This document shows, piece after piece, positions 1 to 11,569 of a DNA stretch of 64,000 nt. The notes beneath the pieces are model-generated. The model was not told where the DNA came from, did no database searches, and worked only from the letters and a program-made list of their open reading frames with translations. The position numbers were made by a program, and so were the translations under genes. Numbering within the stretch: position 1 is the stretch's first letter; each line of letters begins with the position of its first letter. This DNA comes from an uncultured Candidatus Saccharibacteria bacterium (lineage in GTDB: Bacteria; Patescibacteriota; Minisyncoccia; Phycocordibacterales; JACOZG01): the NCBI GenBank assembly GCA_964651115.1, contig CAZYXJ010000001.1, positions 286,085 through 350,084 of the forward strand. The letters are read 5' to 3'.

Positions 1-285
1 CAATCCCACGGCGGCGCGCGTCGCTTGGGCGACCGCCTCAGACGACAAGTCGTAACCGCTACCATGGACGCCAAATTCGCGCGAGAGCCAAATGCTATTG
101 CGCCCATTACCACAACCTAAATCCAAAATCGAAGTGGTCAGATTAAGGATCCGCCCGCGATAGTGACGCTCCAACCAGCGAGTAAACTTCTGCAAATCCT
201 CAGACGGCTCCGTCGAGATCGCCAAATGAGTTGGCTTTTGATATTCGCGATTCCAAAACTTTTTGTGAGGACTATTCCGCCGCAT
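1..285 (-). CDS. class I SAM-dependent methyltransferase (partial, runs off window start)
   Basis: My minus-strand translation from the ATG at 285..283 gives MRRNSPHKKFW...ILDLGCGNGRNSIW..., which carries the SAM-binding motif I (LDLGCGNG). The ORF has no stop before position 1. Confidence 0.55.
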   Translation of the reverse strand, partial: MRRNSPHKKFWNREYQKPTHLAISTEPSEDLQKFTRWLERHYRGRILNLTTSILDLGCGNGRNSIWLSREFGVHGSGYDLSSEAVAQATRAAVGL

Positions 286-288
286 AAT

Positions 289-711
289 TTACTGCAAAGA
301 CTCAACTAATTTTTTAACCCGCTCGTTTATTTGATCGCGAATCCTTCGAGTAAATTCTAAATCTTGCCCCTTTGGGTCTGGAATTGGCCATTGTTCAAAA
401 TTACGATTAGCTAAAACATACGAAGGAATTTCACATTCATTATCTTCGATTAACACAACAATTCTATCCGCAGCCAAAGACAGATCCTCTGTAAGCTGTT
501 TACGAGTCAACCTGGAAACATCAATGCCCTTCTCCCTCATGGCATCGATCACCTCTTGAGTTTTAGGTAAAAGATCTTCCAAAGATTTTGGCTCACCAGA
601 AAGTTTAATCCCCGCTGAAATACCTATATGACCAGTTTTGAGATTGTTAAAAAAGGCTTCAGCCATTTGACTTCTTCCCACATTGCCAACACAAACAAAA
701 AGAATCTTCAT
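289..711 (-). CDS. low-molecular-weight phosphotyrosine phosphatase / ArsC-family protein
   Basis: The N-terminal P-loop FVCVGNVGRSQMAE matches the C-X5-R signature of LMW-PTP/ArsC. Length is 140 aa. Confidence 0.7.
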   Translation of the reverse strand: MKILFVCVGNVGRSQMAEAFFNNLKTGHIGISAGIKLSGEPKSLEDLLPKTQEVIDAMREKGIDVSRLTRKQLTEDLSLAADRIVVLIEDNECEIPSYVLANRNFEQWPIPDPKGQDLEFTRRIRDQINERVKKLVESLQ

Positions 712-714
712 AAA

Positions 715-1086
715 TTATTTTTGCCAATAGGCCTTAAAATTTATAATTTCCTGAAACAGTGATTCTGAGTCTTGACCTTTATAAGTGACAGACCGATCAT
801 CTACATAAACGTAAGCAATGGGCTTTCCCGGATTAGCTCCTTGTTTATTGGGATTTTCGTTAAAATAATCAACTGGAATTTCATACTTACGACAATAATC
901 TCTGAGAAAATCATTACCGCGAGTGGAATAGATGATGATTGAGTGGCCCAAATCTTTAAGCTTCCTAATAACTTCGACCATTGAGGGAATAGGTTCCCCT
1001 GCATGTTCTGTTCCCTTAAAACCATCATACTGAGCAATTACGCCATCAAAATCAAAAGCGATATCTTTGGGTTGATTATGTATCAT
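715..1086 (-). CDS. HAD-superfamily hydrolase-like protein
   Basis: The N-terminal DxDG motif (FDFDGVIA) matches HAD phosphatase motif I. Confidence 0.5.
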   Translation of the reverse strand: MIHNQPKDIAFDFDGVIAQYDGFKGTEHAGEPIPSMVEVIRKLKDLGHSIIIYSTRGNDFLRDYCRKYEIPVDYFNENPNKQGANPGKPIAYVYVDDRSVTYKGQDSESLFQEIINFKAYWQK

Positions 1087-1141
1087 TAATCCCTACCTTA
1101 CCATTGACTTGAAGGATAGTCTATTATATTCTGAGCACGAC

Positions 1142-1215
1142 AGCGGGGTAGAGTAACGGCAATTCGCGAGGCTCATAACCTCGAGATCCCGGTTCGAATC
1201 CGGGCCCCGCGACCA
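1142..1215 (+). tRNA. tRNA-Met, anticodon CAT, possibly the initiator
   Basis: Cloverleaf read by hand. Anticodon stem cgagg/cctcg with loop ctcataa. T-arm cccgg-ttcgaat-ccggg. CCA is encoded. Positions 1 and 72 are an A and a G, so they are mismatched, as in bacterial initiator tRNA. Confidence 0.7.
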
Positions 1216-1258
1216 GCTTTGCGTTATCTCTTGGTTTTGTTTAGTATAAAAAGCACCT

Positions 1259-1335
1259 GCCGGTGTAGCTCAGTTGGTTAGAGCGTGGGACTCATAAGCC
1301 CAAGGTCGGTGGTTCGATTCCACCCGCCGGCACCA
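1259..1335 (+). tRNA. tRNA with anticodon CAT (elongator Met or lysidine-type Ile2)
   Basis: Acceptor gccggtg/cgccggc with G1-C72 paired. Anticodon loop ctcataa. T-arm ggtgg-ttcgatt-ccacc. CCA is encoded. Confidence 0.7.
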
Positions 1336-1390
1336 GCTTGGGGTTTGGCAAATAGGCCAAAACCAAGTAGGATAATATTCGTTGGGAATT

Positions 1391-1464
1391 GCGGTCGTAG
1401 CTCAACTGGTTAGAGCACTCGCCTGTCACGCGAGAGGTTGCCGGTTCAAGTCCGGTCGACCGCG
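1391..1464 (+). tRNA. tRNA-Asp, anticodon GTC
   Basis: Acceptor gcggtcg/cgaccgc. Anticodon stem ctcgc/gcgag with loop ctgtcac. Discriminator G. CCA is not encoded. Confidence 0.8.
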
Positions 1465-1537
1465 CACTTGTTGACATAAATTAGGTTTTGTTATATAAAT
1501 CAAACCAGACCCAAACCAAAACAGAAAGGAGTGAACT

Positions 1538-2791
1538 TTGAAAGACCGTCTAAAGTTTGAAACGACCGTCTTGGACAACGGCATCACGGTCCACGCTAAG
1601 CCAGCGGATGTTCCGTTTGCTTATGTCCGCCTCTACCTTCCGGTGGGCCATGTCCATAACACTGGCGACATTTTGCCTGGAACCGCCCACTTCCTCGAAC
1701 ACATGCAGTGTAAACGTTCGGCGCTCTATCCCGACTGCGACAGCTACGATACCTTTGTGGCACTCGAGGGCGGGCAGTTCAATGCCTCAACTCATCCGGC
1801 CTGGACCGAGTATCGCCTGAAAATCCCCACTACTGTTTTTGTTCCCGCTTTCCAGGGGTTGATTAGCCACGTTCTTGAGCCAATCTTTGATGAGCGGGAC
1901 CTCGAACGCGAAATTGGAATCATCAGTAGCGAACGCCGGAGACGAAGTCGGTGGTACCCGGGCAGCGACGAACTTGAACACCACTGCCTGACTAAGTGGA
2001 AGTACGATCACCCTCTGACCCTGAGGCAAATTTTCGGCGAAGACCCCGATCTCAAACAGATGAGCGTCGAGAGACTGAGAAGGATGCACCAGGCCTATCT
2101 CGACCCCAGAGCGTACATGCTGGTGGGAGGGAATTTCGATCGGAGCCTGGTGTTCCAGGAGCTTTCTCGCTTCCCAACCGCCGAACACAACCTCTCCGTG
2201 CAGATAGAGACCTTACGGTGGGAACATCGACAGTATCACGAAGAGAAATTCCCATCGATTAACCGCTTCATTTATCACCTGGGCGGCATCGTGCCGGAAA
2301 GAGATCTCCAAATCCTGCAGGGCAACAATTTTCTCGGTAGACTGCTGGTCAACACGGTTCATGGGACTCTGTATAACTGGCTGAGACGGGAACTCGGCTG
2401 GTCCTACAATCTGGGTTTTGAACTTGACGGTGGTCACCCCCACAAACAGGCTGACTGGGAACTGTACTTGCCCGTCAACAGTTACGAGCAAGCGCAACAG
2501 GTACGAAAAGAGGTTCACGATCGGATCAGAAAGGCAATCCACGACCAAGATCTTTTGGCCACCGAACTAAGACGAAGAATCTCTGGACAAGTGTTCTGGT
2601 ATCAAACAATCGGGCAAGTTATCGACGAAGCTCACAGTTCGCTAATCGGCGATAAAAAGCTGACAAGTGAACTTGAACTAACGAACCTGCTCAAGCAATG
2701 CCAGAACCCTTCTTTTTTGGAGAACATTTACGAACGGTACTGGTCGCCCGAGGTTTCCGGCGAATTTCTGGCAATCCCAGATAACGTCTAA
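1538..2791 (+). CDS. M16-family (pitrilysin/insulinase-like) zinc peptidase
   Basis: Inverted zinc motif HxxEH (HFLEHM) near the N-terminus. Length is 417 aa. TTG start is preceded by an AAAGGAG Shine-Dalgarno. Confidence 0.7.
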   Translation: MKDRLKFETTVLDNGITVHAKPADVPFAYVRLYLPVGHVHNTGDILPGTAHFLEHMQCKRSALYPDCDSYDTFVALEGGQFNASTHPAWTEYRLKIPTTVFVPAFQGLISHVLEPIFDERDLEREIGIISSERRRRSRWYPGSDELEHHCLTKWKYDHPLTLRQIFGEDPDLKQMSVERLRRMHQAYLDPRAYMLVGGNFDRSLVFQELSRFPTAEHNLSVQIETLRWEHRQYHEEKFPSINRFIYHLGGIVPERDLQILQGNNFLGRLLVNTVHGTLYNWLRRELGWSYNLGFELDGGHPHKQADWELYLPVNSYEQAQQVRKEVHDRIRKAIHDQDLLATELRRRISGQVFWYQTIGQVIDEAHSSLIGDKKLTSELELTNLLKQCQNPSFLENIYERYWSPEVSGEFLAIPDNV

Positions 2792-2814
2792 GACCTGGCG
2801 ATTAGAAAAGATAA

Positions 2815-2842
2815 AGCCGCCTCATTTTTGAGGCGGCTTTTG
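2815..2842 (+). terminator. rho-independent terminator after the M16 peptidase gene
   Basis: Hairpin agccgcctc-attttt-gaggcggct followed by TTTTG. Confidence 0.6.
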
Positions 2843-2856
2843 CTAACTGCGGTCGA

Positions 2857-3546
2857 CTAACTTCGGTAGAACTCGGGGAACTGAGCCTCCACCTTTTTGA
2901 GGGGCTCGGGGAGATTGTTGTCGAGGCAGATCTGGATCGCCAGCTCCACATATAGCCGGTACTTCGATCCTCCCTGCCGGTAATACGCCGCCAAGACGCG
3001 GAAGCCGCGCACCCGAGCCAGTGGCGAGGCCTCAAGGGGTGGGCAACCTTCCGCCCCCATTAACCCCCGATACAAGTCGATCGAAGCCTTGGAGGCGTCA
3101 GCATCATCAATCCCCCCGAGGGAGACGCGAAGCTGGAGCCGGTTGGCAACCAGCAACAGCCGATTATCCGGTGAGAGGGATCGCTGTGGGCTCAGAGCTT
3201 CGTCCACCAGACGGAGCGCCCTTCTCCTCAGTCGCGCCGCGCGCAAAACCGAGGCACAGACATCGAGCTCGCTCGACGAGAGCTCGTAAAGCGAGGTTCG
3301 CGAGAGCTGCAACAGCACACAACGCAGAGCCAGCAGGAGATAGAAGGCGGCCCGCACCGGTCGCCGCACCGACCGAAAGTGCCCAGCCGCGCTGTAATAA
3401 GTGCTGGCCAGCGGCACCCAACGGTGATTGTTCTTCTTCGCTTTCTCCTCTCGATAAATGTCCCGCGCCAACCGGATCGCCCCGTCCGGACCGAGGTAAT
3501 TGCCCTGTAAAGTTAACTGGGATAACAACTTGTTATTATTCTCCAA
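2857..3546 (-). CDS. hypothetical protein (229 aa)
   Basis: Long ORF in a GC-rich segment. I chose the minus frame because the overlapping plus-frame ORF 3021..3602 has the Arg/Pro-rich composition typical of an off-frame read in GC-rich DNA. No recognisable motif. Confidence 0.4.
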   Translation of the reverse strand: MENNNKLLSQLTLQGNYLGPDGAIRLARDIYREEKAKKNNHRWVPLASTYYSAAGHFRSVRRPVRAAFYLLLALRCVLLQLSRTSLYELSSSELDVCASVLRAARLRRRALRLVDEALSPQRSLSPDNRLLLVANRLQLRVSLGGIDDADASKASIDLYRGLMGAEGCPPLEASPLARVRGFRVLAAYYRQGGSKYRLYVELAIQICLDNNLPEPLKKVEAQFPEFYRS

Positions 3547-3626
3547 AATCGTCCCCTTTCTTAGAAAAGAACCTTGATTGCCGTTTAACTACGCCACCTT
3601 AAAATATACTATATTTAAAATTAAAG

Positions 3627-4190
3627 TCAAATAAGTTCAAACTCTTCAAAGACGGTCCGGTAATCGGCAATGGTCTGTCGCGCTAAGCGATCCGTCAGCA
3701 CAAAGCCTGGTTCGTGAGCGATTTGGTTGCGGACTTTATGAGCCGACCAGGCCTGGTCAAGCGAAGTAAAATCACTAGGCTCAACGGCCTTAAGTTTCTC
3801 CCCCAACGAGTCTCCGCGATACTGCATGGACTTGAGGAGCTCATCGAGCATCTTATCGGCCTCGATAATTGCCAACTGCCAATCGGAAGGATTTGTCGAC
3901 GCAATCAACTGCTCCACCTTCTGCCAAGATTTGTTCTCCCGCGGAGTAAGTGCGGCCACTGGCACTCGCGACAAATTACCCACATAACCACGGCGCGCCT
4001 CTCGGATAGTGCGCGTCCAATAAAAAATCCGCCACAAAAAAATAGGAGTAACGATCACCAAACCCCACCACAGCAACCAACCGATTAATTTGACCGTCGC
4101 CCAACCGCCAGCCGAAGTGAGCAAGTTATAAACTTGCAAGTATAAATATTCGAGATTAAGAAAAAGTGGTCCGCTATACATGATGCCCAC
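3627..4190 (-). CDS. membrane-anchored protein with HEPN-like Rx4HE motif
   Basis: N-terminal hydrophobic segments (LIGWLLWWGLVIVTPIFLW). The C-terminal region contains AHKVRNQIAHE, which fits R-N-x3-H-E of HEPN/HepT-type RNase domains. Confidence 0.4.
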   Translation of the reverse strand: MGIMYSGPLFLNLEYLYLQVYNLLTSAGGWATVKLIGWLLWWGLVIVTPIFLWRIFYWTRTIREARRGYVGNLSRVPVAALTPRENKSWQKVEQLIASTNPSDWQLAIIEADKMLDELLKSMQYRGDSLGEKLKAVEPSDFTSLDQAWSAHKVRNQIAHEPGFVLTDRLARQTIADYRTVFEEFELI

Positions 4191-5574
4191 TTTCTATTGT
4201 AGCACCCAAGGCAAAAAGTGTGTTCTCGGCAAAGTGAGGTGCCAGTAATTGCATGCCGATGGGCAGATTTTTGGCGTCACGGCCAACCGGCACCGAGAGC
4301 GCCGGCAAACCCGTTAGGTTAGCGGAGACCGTAAAAATGTCTTCCAAATACATCTGGAGTGGATCGCCAGTTTTCTCACCAATCTTAAACGCCGTACTGG
4401 GAGTAGTAGGCAACAAGATCGCCTGGACACGGCCAAAGGCGTTAGCAAAATCCTGCTCCAAAAGCGAACGGACCGCGACCGCTCGACGATAGTAAGCGTC
4501 ATAGTAACCGGCCGACAAAACATAGGTCCCTAAAATAATGCGTCGCTTCACCTCACGACCAAAGCCCGCGCCGCGAGTCCGTAAATAATCTCCCAACAAA
4601 TTATCTCCCGGCACCGAGCGACCATAACGCAAGCCATCAAAGCGCGCCAAGTTGGTCGAACTCTCTGCCGGCATAATAATGTAATAACAAGCCAAAGAAT
4701 ATTTAATGTTGGGCAATTCAATCTCTACAATTTCGTGACCGGCCGCGCGCAGGGTGGCAATTGACTGATCCAGCGCGGTCAAAATTTCTGGCGCCACACC
4801 CGACTGCAAAAAGTGTCGTGGTACGCCAATCTTTAGCGGACCAGTGGGAGCTGGCTGAACCGGCGTTGCCACCGAAGTCGCATCCAGCGGGTCAACGCCC
4901 CGGATCGTCTCAAACAATAATTTGGCGTCGGCCACCGTCTCGGCAAAGGGACCAATCTGATCGAGTGAGGAGGCCATCGCCATCAAGCCCGAACGCGAGA
5001 CCGTGCCATACGTCGGTTTAAGACCCACCACGCCACAAAAGGCGGCGGGCTGACGGATCGAGCCACCCGTGTCGGAGCCCAGCGCCGCGGCGGCCAACTT
5101 CGCCGCTACGGCCGCCGCCGAACCACCCGAGGAGCCGCCGGCCACTCGAGACAAATCTTCTGGATTGCGCGTGGGGCCAAAGGCCGAATTTTCGGTCGAA
5201 CCGCCCATCGCGAATTCGTCCATATTCGTCCGGCCCACAAACACCGCGCCAGCGGCTCGGAGTTTGGCGATCACCGTGGCGTCATAACTGGCCACATAAT
5301 TTTCTAAAATTTTTGACGCCGAAGAAGCCACTCGCCCCTTGATTAAAATATTGTCTTTGACCGCGAGCGGCACGCCGGCGAGCGGTCCAAGCTCCTCCCC
5401 CCTGGCTCGACGCTCGTCGATCGCCGCGGCTTGTTCGCGAGCGTCCTTAAAAATTTCTAAATAAGCATTGAGCTCGGGATTTTTTTCTTGAGCGCGTTTT
5501 AAATACTCCTCAACCACTTGGGTAGCCGTCCGTTCGCCCGTTTTTACTGCGCGAGCAATCTCCGCTAAACTCAT
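4174..5574 (-). CDS. gatA: Asp-tRNA(Asn)/Glu-tRNA(Gln) amidotransferase subunit A
   Basis: Amidase signature GGSSGGSAAAVAA. Length 466 aa. Typical GatA N-terminus. Confidence 0.95.
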   Translation of the reverse strand: MSLAEIARAVKTGERTATQVVEEYLKRAQEKNPELNAYLEIFKDAREQAAAIDERRARGEELGPLAGVPLAVKDNILIKGRVASSASKILENYVASYDATVIAKLRAAGAVFVGRTNMDEFAMGGSTENSAFGPTRNPEDLSRVAGGSSGGSAAAVAAKLAAAALGSDTGGSIRQPAAFCGVVGLKPTYGTVSRSGLMAMASSLDQIGPFAETVADAKLLFETIRGVDPLDATSVATPVQPAPTGPLKIGVPRHFLQSGVAPEILTALDQSIATLRAAGHEIVEIELPNIKYSLACYYIIMPAESSTNLARFDGLRYGRSVPGDNLLGDYLRTRGAGFGREVKRRIILGTYVLSAGYYDAYYRRAVAVRSLLEQDFANAFGRVQAILLPTTPSTAFKIGEKTGDPLQMYLEDIFTVSANLTGLPALSVPVGRDAKNLPIGMQLLAPHFAENTLFALGATIESGHHV

Positions 5575-5822
5575 AAAATCTTTTTGACCTTAAGCGGCGT
5601 ACCGCCCTCGGTGGCTGGTTGATTAAGCGGCTCATCCGGACGCATGACATTGAGCGGGCGATAAACCGGTAGATCGTTAGCCGCCGCGACCGGAGCTTGT
5701 TCCAGCTCGGCCACGTAACCCAAAACCGACTCCAGATCTCGCCCCAGCGCGGACAATTCTTCTGGCGTCAATTCTACCCGCGCCAAGGCGGCCAAACGAG
5801 CGACTTCTTCTGATCCCAACAT
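5571..5822 (-). CDS. gatC: Asp-tRNA(Asn)/Glu-tRNA(Gln) amidotransferase subunit C
   Basis: 83 aa, of the form MLGSEEVARLAALARVELTPEE... It overlaps gatA by 4 nt. Confidence 0.85.
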   Translation of the reverse strand: MLGSEEVARLAALARVELTPEELSALGRDLESVLGYVAELEQAPVAAANDLPVYRPLNVMRPDEPLNQPATEGGTPLKVKKIL

Positions 5823-5839
5823 ATAGCGCTATCCTAACA

Positions 5840-8412
<2,573 letters not shown>

Positions 8413-8415
8413 AAA

Positions 8416-8994
8416 TTATTGAGGGTTACCGCCCGGACCCTGACGCAATAGCTCCAGCGGCATAATTAAATTTTTAGAGGTGACGCCGTTAAACCACTGG
8501 ACCTCCACCCGCGCCACCAAGCGATCATCGGCCGTGTTGGGGGTATCATTGTCCTCGACCACCAGCGTCGCTCGACGAAGAAAGCGCGGGCCAACAATAT
8601 CGTTCTGAGTAGTCACGGGCACATACCGGCCGGCTCCGGGACTAAAGCCCAAAACGCAGGGCGAAACATTTCGCGCCGTAATCGGCCCCTGGCAACCCGA
8701 CTGTAATTGCGGAGTTGCGGCATCGATCCAAAAAGTTCCGGTTAGGCCCGCAAACACATCGGCCTCACCCAAACCCTGAGACAGCGCGGCAATCAAGGCG
8801 GTGTCGCGTAAATTGCGGATCACCTCCACACCCTCCTGAGCCAAAAAGGCGGCCACCAAATTATTGCGGGCGTACAATCCGTCACTAATCCCCCGCACCG
8901 CAATCGTCAGCGGCCCCAGCACGCCAATAACCAAAATCGTAATCGCCACCAGCGACTCAATCAAGGTAAACCCACGAGAATTAAAAGACTTCAT
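8416..8994 (-). CDS. prepilin-type pseudopilin / minor pilin
   Basis: Class III signal with a GFTLIESLVAI N-methylation motif. Confidence 0.8.
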   Translation of the reverse strand: MKSFNSRGFTLIESLVAITILVIGVLGPLTIAVRGISDGLYARNNLVAAFLAQEGVEVIRNLRDTALIAALSQGLGEADVFAGLTGTFWIDAATPQLQSGCQGPITARNVSPCVLGFSPGAGRYVPVTTQNDIVGPRFLRRATLVVEDNDTPNTADDRLVARVEVQWFNGVTSKNLIMPLELLRQGPGGNPQ

Positions 8995-8997
8995 AAG

Positions 8998-9576
8998 CTA
9001 ACGTTCGGAAATAGTGGTTTGTAATGCGAAACTAGTCTTGAGATCGCCTCGACCACCCTCCCCCAACAACACGACGGTGACGAGTGGTTGGGCACTAGGC
9101 AACCCGCCCAGCTCCTCGCTGTTTTTTACAAAAAACTTAACCGACTGCAAATCAATCAAATCTGGCGAAGTAATGGGTACAAACTCCGCGCCAGACTCAG
9201 AGACCGAGAGCACGCCTCGACCGTTGATCGTCTCACGCTTATACAAATAAGTGCGAGTGAGATCGCTGGATCGGAAGGCCAGAGATGATTCGCCCGTCGG
9301 GCAATTATGACCTTCGGTGGGAATAAACGAGGTCGAGAGCGCGGCCCCGGCCTCACAATAATAAAGTCCGCCATCTTGAAGATTGAACGAGATACTGTTA
9401 ACGGCAAAGTGGAGACTGTCCATCACCACCTTAATGGCTTGCGCCTTCTCATTGATCCGGTTGGCGGTAATCACGGCACCGCTAACAATCAAAGCCACGA
9501 TGGCGAAAATGGAAACGGCCACCATCAGCTCGATCAACGAAAAGCCGCGCGCTAAAAATTTAAGATTTCTGAACAT
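8998..9576 (-). CDS. prepilin-type pseudopilin / minor pilin
   Basis: RGFSLIELMVAVSIF prepilin cleavage and methylation motif. Confidence 0.8.
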   Translation of the reverse strand: MFRNLKFLARGFSLIELMVAVSIFAIVALIVSGAVITANRINEKAQAIKVVMDSLHFAVNSISFNLQDGGLYYCEAGAALSTSFIPTEGHNCPTGESSLAFRSSDLTRTYLYKRETINGRGVLSVSESGAEFVPITSPDLIDLQSVKFFVKNSEELGGLPSAQPLVTVVLLGEGGRGDLKTSFALQTTISER

Positions 9577-10195
9577 AAATGTGACCCGCCTTAGTGATCA
9601 TAATATCACGCCAACTCCCCACCTTATTTTGCACCCGGATCTTAAGCGCCGGCGTATTTAAGCTCGTGGGCGAACCGCGACGAGAAATATAAAAGCTGGC
9701 ATCAGTCCGCGGCCGCTGGAAAACAATGTTGACCGGCTGAGTATATTTGGAACTATCGCAACCGGTGGCCGGACAACGATAAATCCCCTCAAGCGAAATA
9801 CCGCCGCCCAAACGGAAAATCTCGCGACACTCGCTCCCCGTCTGACCACAATTTAAGGCCTTATTGTATAAGCGGTCACCCAACAAACTGCCAGGTCCGG
9901 TTGGCAAATCAGCAAACAACACAAACTGTTGAGTCTGCGCTGGATCCAAATAAATACCGTGCGAAGGGTAGACACTGCCACCAAAGGCCCGGGTGCCAAT
10001 CCCAAAAACTTGCGCCTGGCGAATCGTCAACGCAATCTCTTGGGCCACTAGATCGAGAGAAGATTTGTCGCGAAAGGACGGCAAATTAACCAGCACAATA
10101 CCCGTCACGATCACGAAGATCGAAATGACGACCAACATCTCAATCAAAGAGAAGCCCGAAGATTTAGAAAAGCGTAAAGACATTGATCGAAGCAA
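9560..10195 (-). CDS. prepilin-type pseudopilin / minor pilin
   Basis: SGFSLIEMLVVISIF prepilin motif. The start is probably the internal Met at about 10183. Confidence 0.75.
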   Translation of the reverse strand: MLRSMSLRFSKSSGFSLIEMLVVISIFVIVTGIVLVNLPSFRDKSSLDLVAQEIALTIRQAQVFGIGTRAFGGSVYPSHGIYLDPAQTQQFVLFADLPTGPGSLLGDRLYNKALNCGQTGSECREIFRLGGGISLEGIYRCPATGCDSSKYTQPVNIVFQRPRTDASFYISRRGSPTSLNTPALKIRVQNKVGSWRDIMITKAGHIYVQKS

Positions 10196-10931
10196 AAAAG
10201 GTCAGCGCCGTACCCAAAATAATAAAGGGAGCGAAAGGCAATTCACTTTTCATTGTATATGATCGCGAGCGGCCGGCAAAGCGAGACAAGATAATCAACA
10301 GGAGACCGACGACGGCTCCGAGCCAAAAGGCCAAGACCATGGCCGAGACGCCGCGCGTGGGCCCCAAGAGCAAGCCAACCGCCAGCGCCAACTTGGCATC
10401 GCCAAAGCCCATCCAACGCCCGCCCGAGAAGTACCAGAGCGCCGCAAAAAAAGCGGCCAGACCCAGCGCCGCCCCAAGCGCGGCCACCAATCGTCCCTCG
10501 CTAGCGGCCAAGAGCGCCGCCGCGGCGCTGGCGGCGTAAACCAAACCATCGGGAATAATTTGGTGCCGCAAATCGTAAACCGTGATCACCACCAACAAAC
10601 TCCAAATGATCGCCGCCAAACCGGCCCCGAGCCAAGTGGCCGACTGACTTACAATCGCGACAAACAAAAAGCCCGTGGCCAGCTCGACTAACGGATATTG
10701 CGCTGAGATGGCGCTACCACAACGCCGACAGCGACCGCCTTGCCAGATGTAGCTAAAGACGGGCACCAACTCAAACCACCGGAGCGAGCGATTGCAGGCC
10801 AAGCAACGCGAGCGGCCATTATAAATCCGCCAACCACCGGCGCCGGTGTTGTAGCGATAAATAACAACGTTAAGAAAACTGCCGACGATTAAACCAAAGA
10901 GAAAAGAGACTATTTCTAGCCAGATATCCAT
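10164..10931 (-). CDS. pilD: prepilin peptidase (A24 family)
   Basis: N-terminal TM, then a CxxC...CxxC zinc-binding region (CLACNRSL...CRRCGSAI), then multipass-membrane A24 architecture. Confidence 0.9.
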   Translation of the reverse strand: MDIWLEIVSFLFGLIVGSFLNVVIYRYNTGAGGWRIYNGRSRCLACNRSLRWFELVPVFSYIWQGGRCRRCGSAISAQYPLVELATGFLFVAIVSQSATWLGAGLAAIIWSLLVVITVYDLRHQIIPDGLVYAASAAAALLAASEGRLVAALGAALGLAAFFAALWYFSGGRWMGFGDAKLALAVGLLLGPTRGVSAMVLAFWLGAVVGLLLIILSRFAGRSRSYTMKSELPFAPFIILGTALTFFASINVFTLF

Positions 10932-11001
10932 CGCTCTAGTATATCATGAGACACGCAAAACCCCGCTCTGATTAGAGCGGGGTTTTGGAGTAGAGAAAAA
11001 C

Positions 11002-11442
11002 TTACAAACAGGTCAAATTAGTATCGGCCAAAACCGGGCTCGAAGCTAATTCGCCAGCATATCCAGTTGAATCTACACAATAGAAACCACCACTCCCAAG
11101 AGCAGAGGTTTGAATACCCCACGCGCTCGGCAGAGTGCCACCGGAAGCGTCGTTATCAAAACAGCTTACAGTAACTCCACTTCCCAAAGCTGTACCAGCG
11201 GCAGTAACCAGACGACTCAACCCTCCAGTTGCCGTAGAATCGCACACAGCGTCCACATACGAACCAGATGAATTTGCTCCGAGCTCAGCCTCGGCTCGAG
11301 CGGAAGACAAGCTTGCAACAGCCGAAGCTTCTTTGGCCTTCTGACGAGCACTACCAAGCGAGGTCAAAACAATACCCGAAAGAATACCGATGATCGCAAT
11401 GACCACCAAGAGTTCGATCAAAGTAAAACCTTTACTTTTCAT
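11002..11442 (-). CDS. pilA: type IV major pilin
   Basis: [22 protein letters not shown] prepilin leader. The start is the internal ATG at 11442..11440. The longer ORF-track start at 11637 would overlap pilC. Confidence 0.85.
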   Translation of the reverse strand: MKSKGFTLIELLVVIAIIGILSGIVLTSLGSARQKAKEASAVASLSSARAEAELGANSSGSYVDAVCDSTATGGLSRLVTAAGTALGSGVTVSCFDNDASGGTLPSAWGIQTSALGSGGFYCVDSTGYAGELASSPVLADTNLTCL

Positions 11443-11505
11443 TATATTAATCGTTATTTTATAAACCTTTGTTCGACCAACTTTGATAAAGTTGTGACGC
11501 CTTTC

Positions 11506-11534
11506 ATTATAATACGGCCGAGGTAGCGCCACAA
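11506..11534 (-). promoter_or_regulatory. candidate sigma70-like promoter for the pilin gene
   Basis: On the minus strand, TTGTGG then a 17-nt spacer then TATAAT, inside the pilC-pilA intergenic region. Confidence 0.3.
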
Positions 11535-11569
11535 TCGGCCTGTGGACAACCGCTCCAATCAAACTCCAC

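Noticed and set aside
1292-1477. 61-aa minus ORF
   Set aside because: It lies entirely across the tRNA(CAT) and tRNA-Asp genes and is an antisense artefact.
3021-3602. 193-aa plus-strand ORF overlapping the 229-aa minus ORF
   Set aside because: It has extreme Arg/Pro/Ala composition, typical of an off-frame read in GC-rich DNA. The minus-frame ORF is more protein-like.
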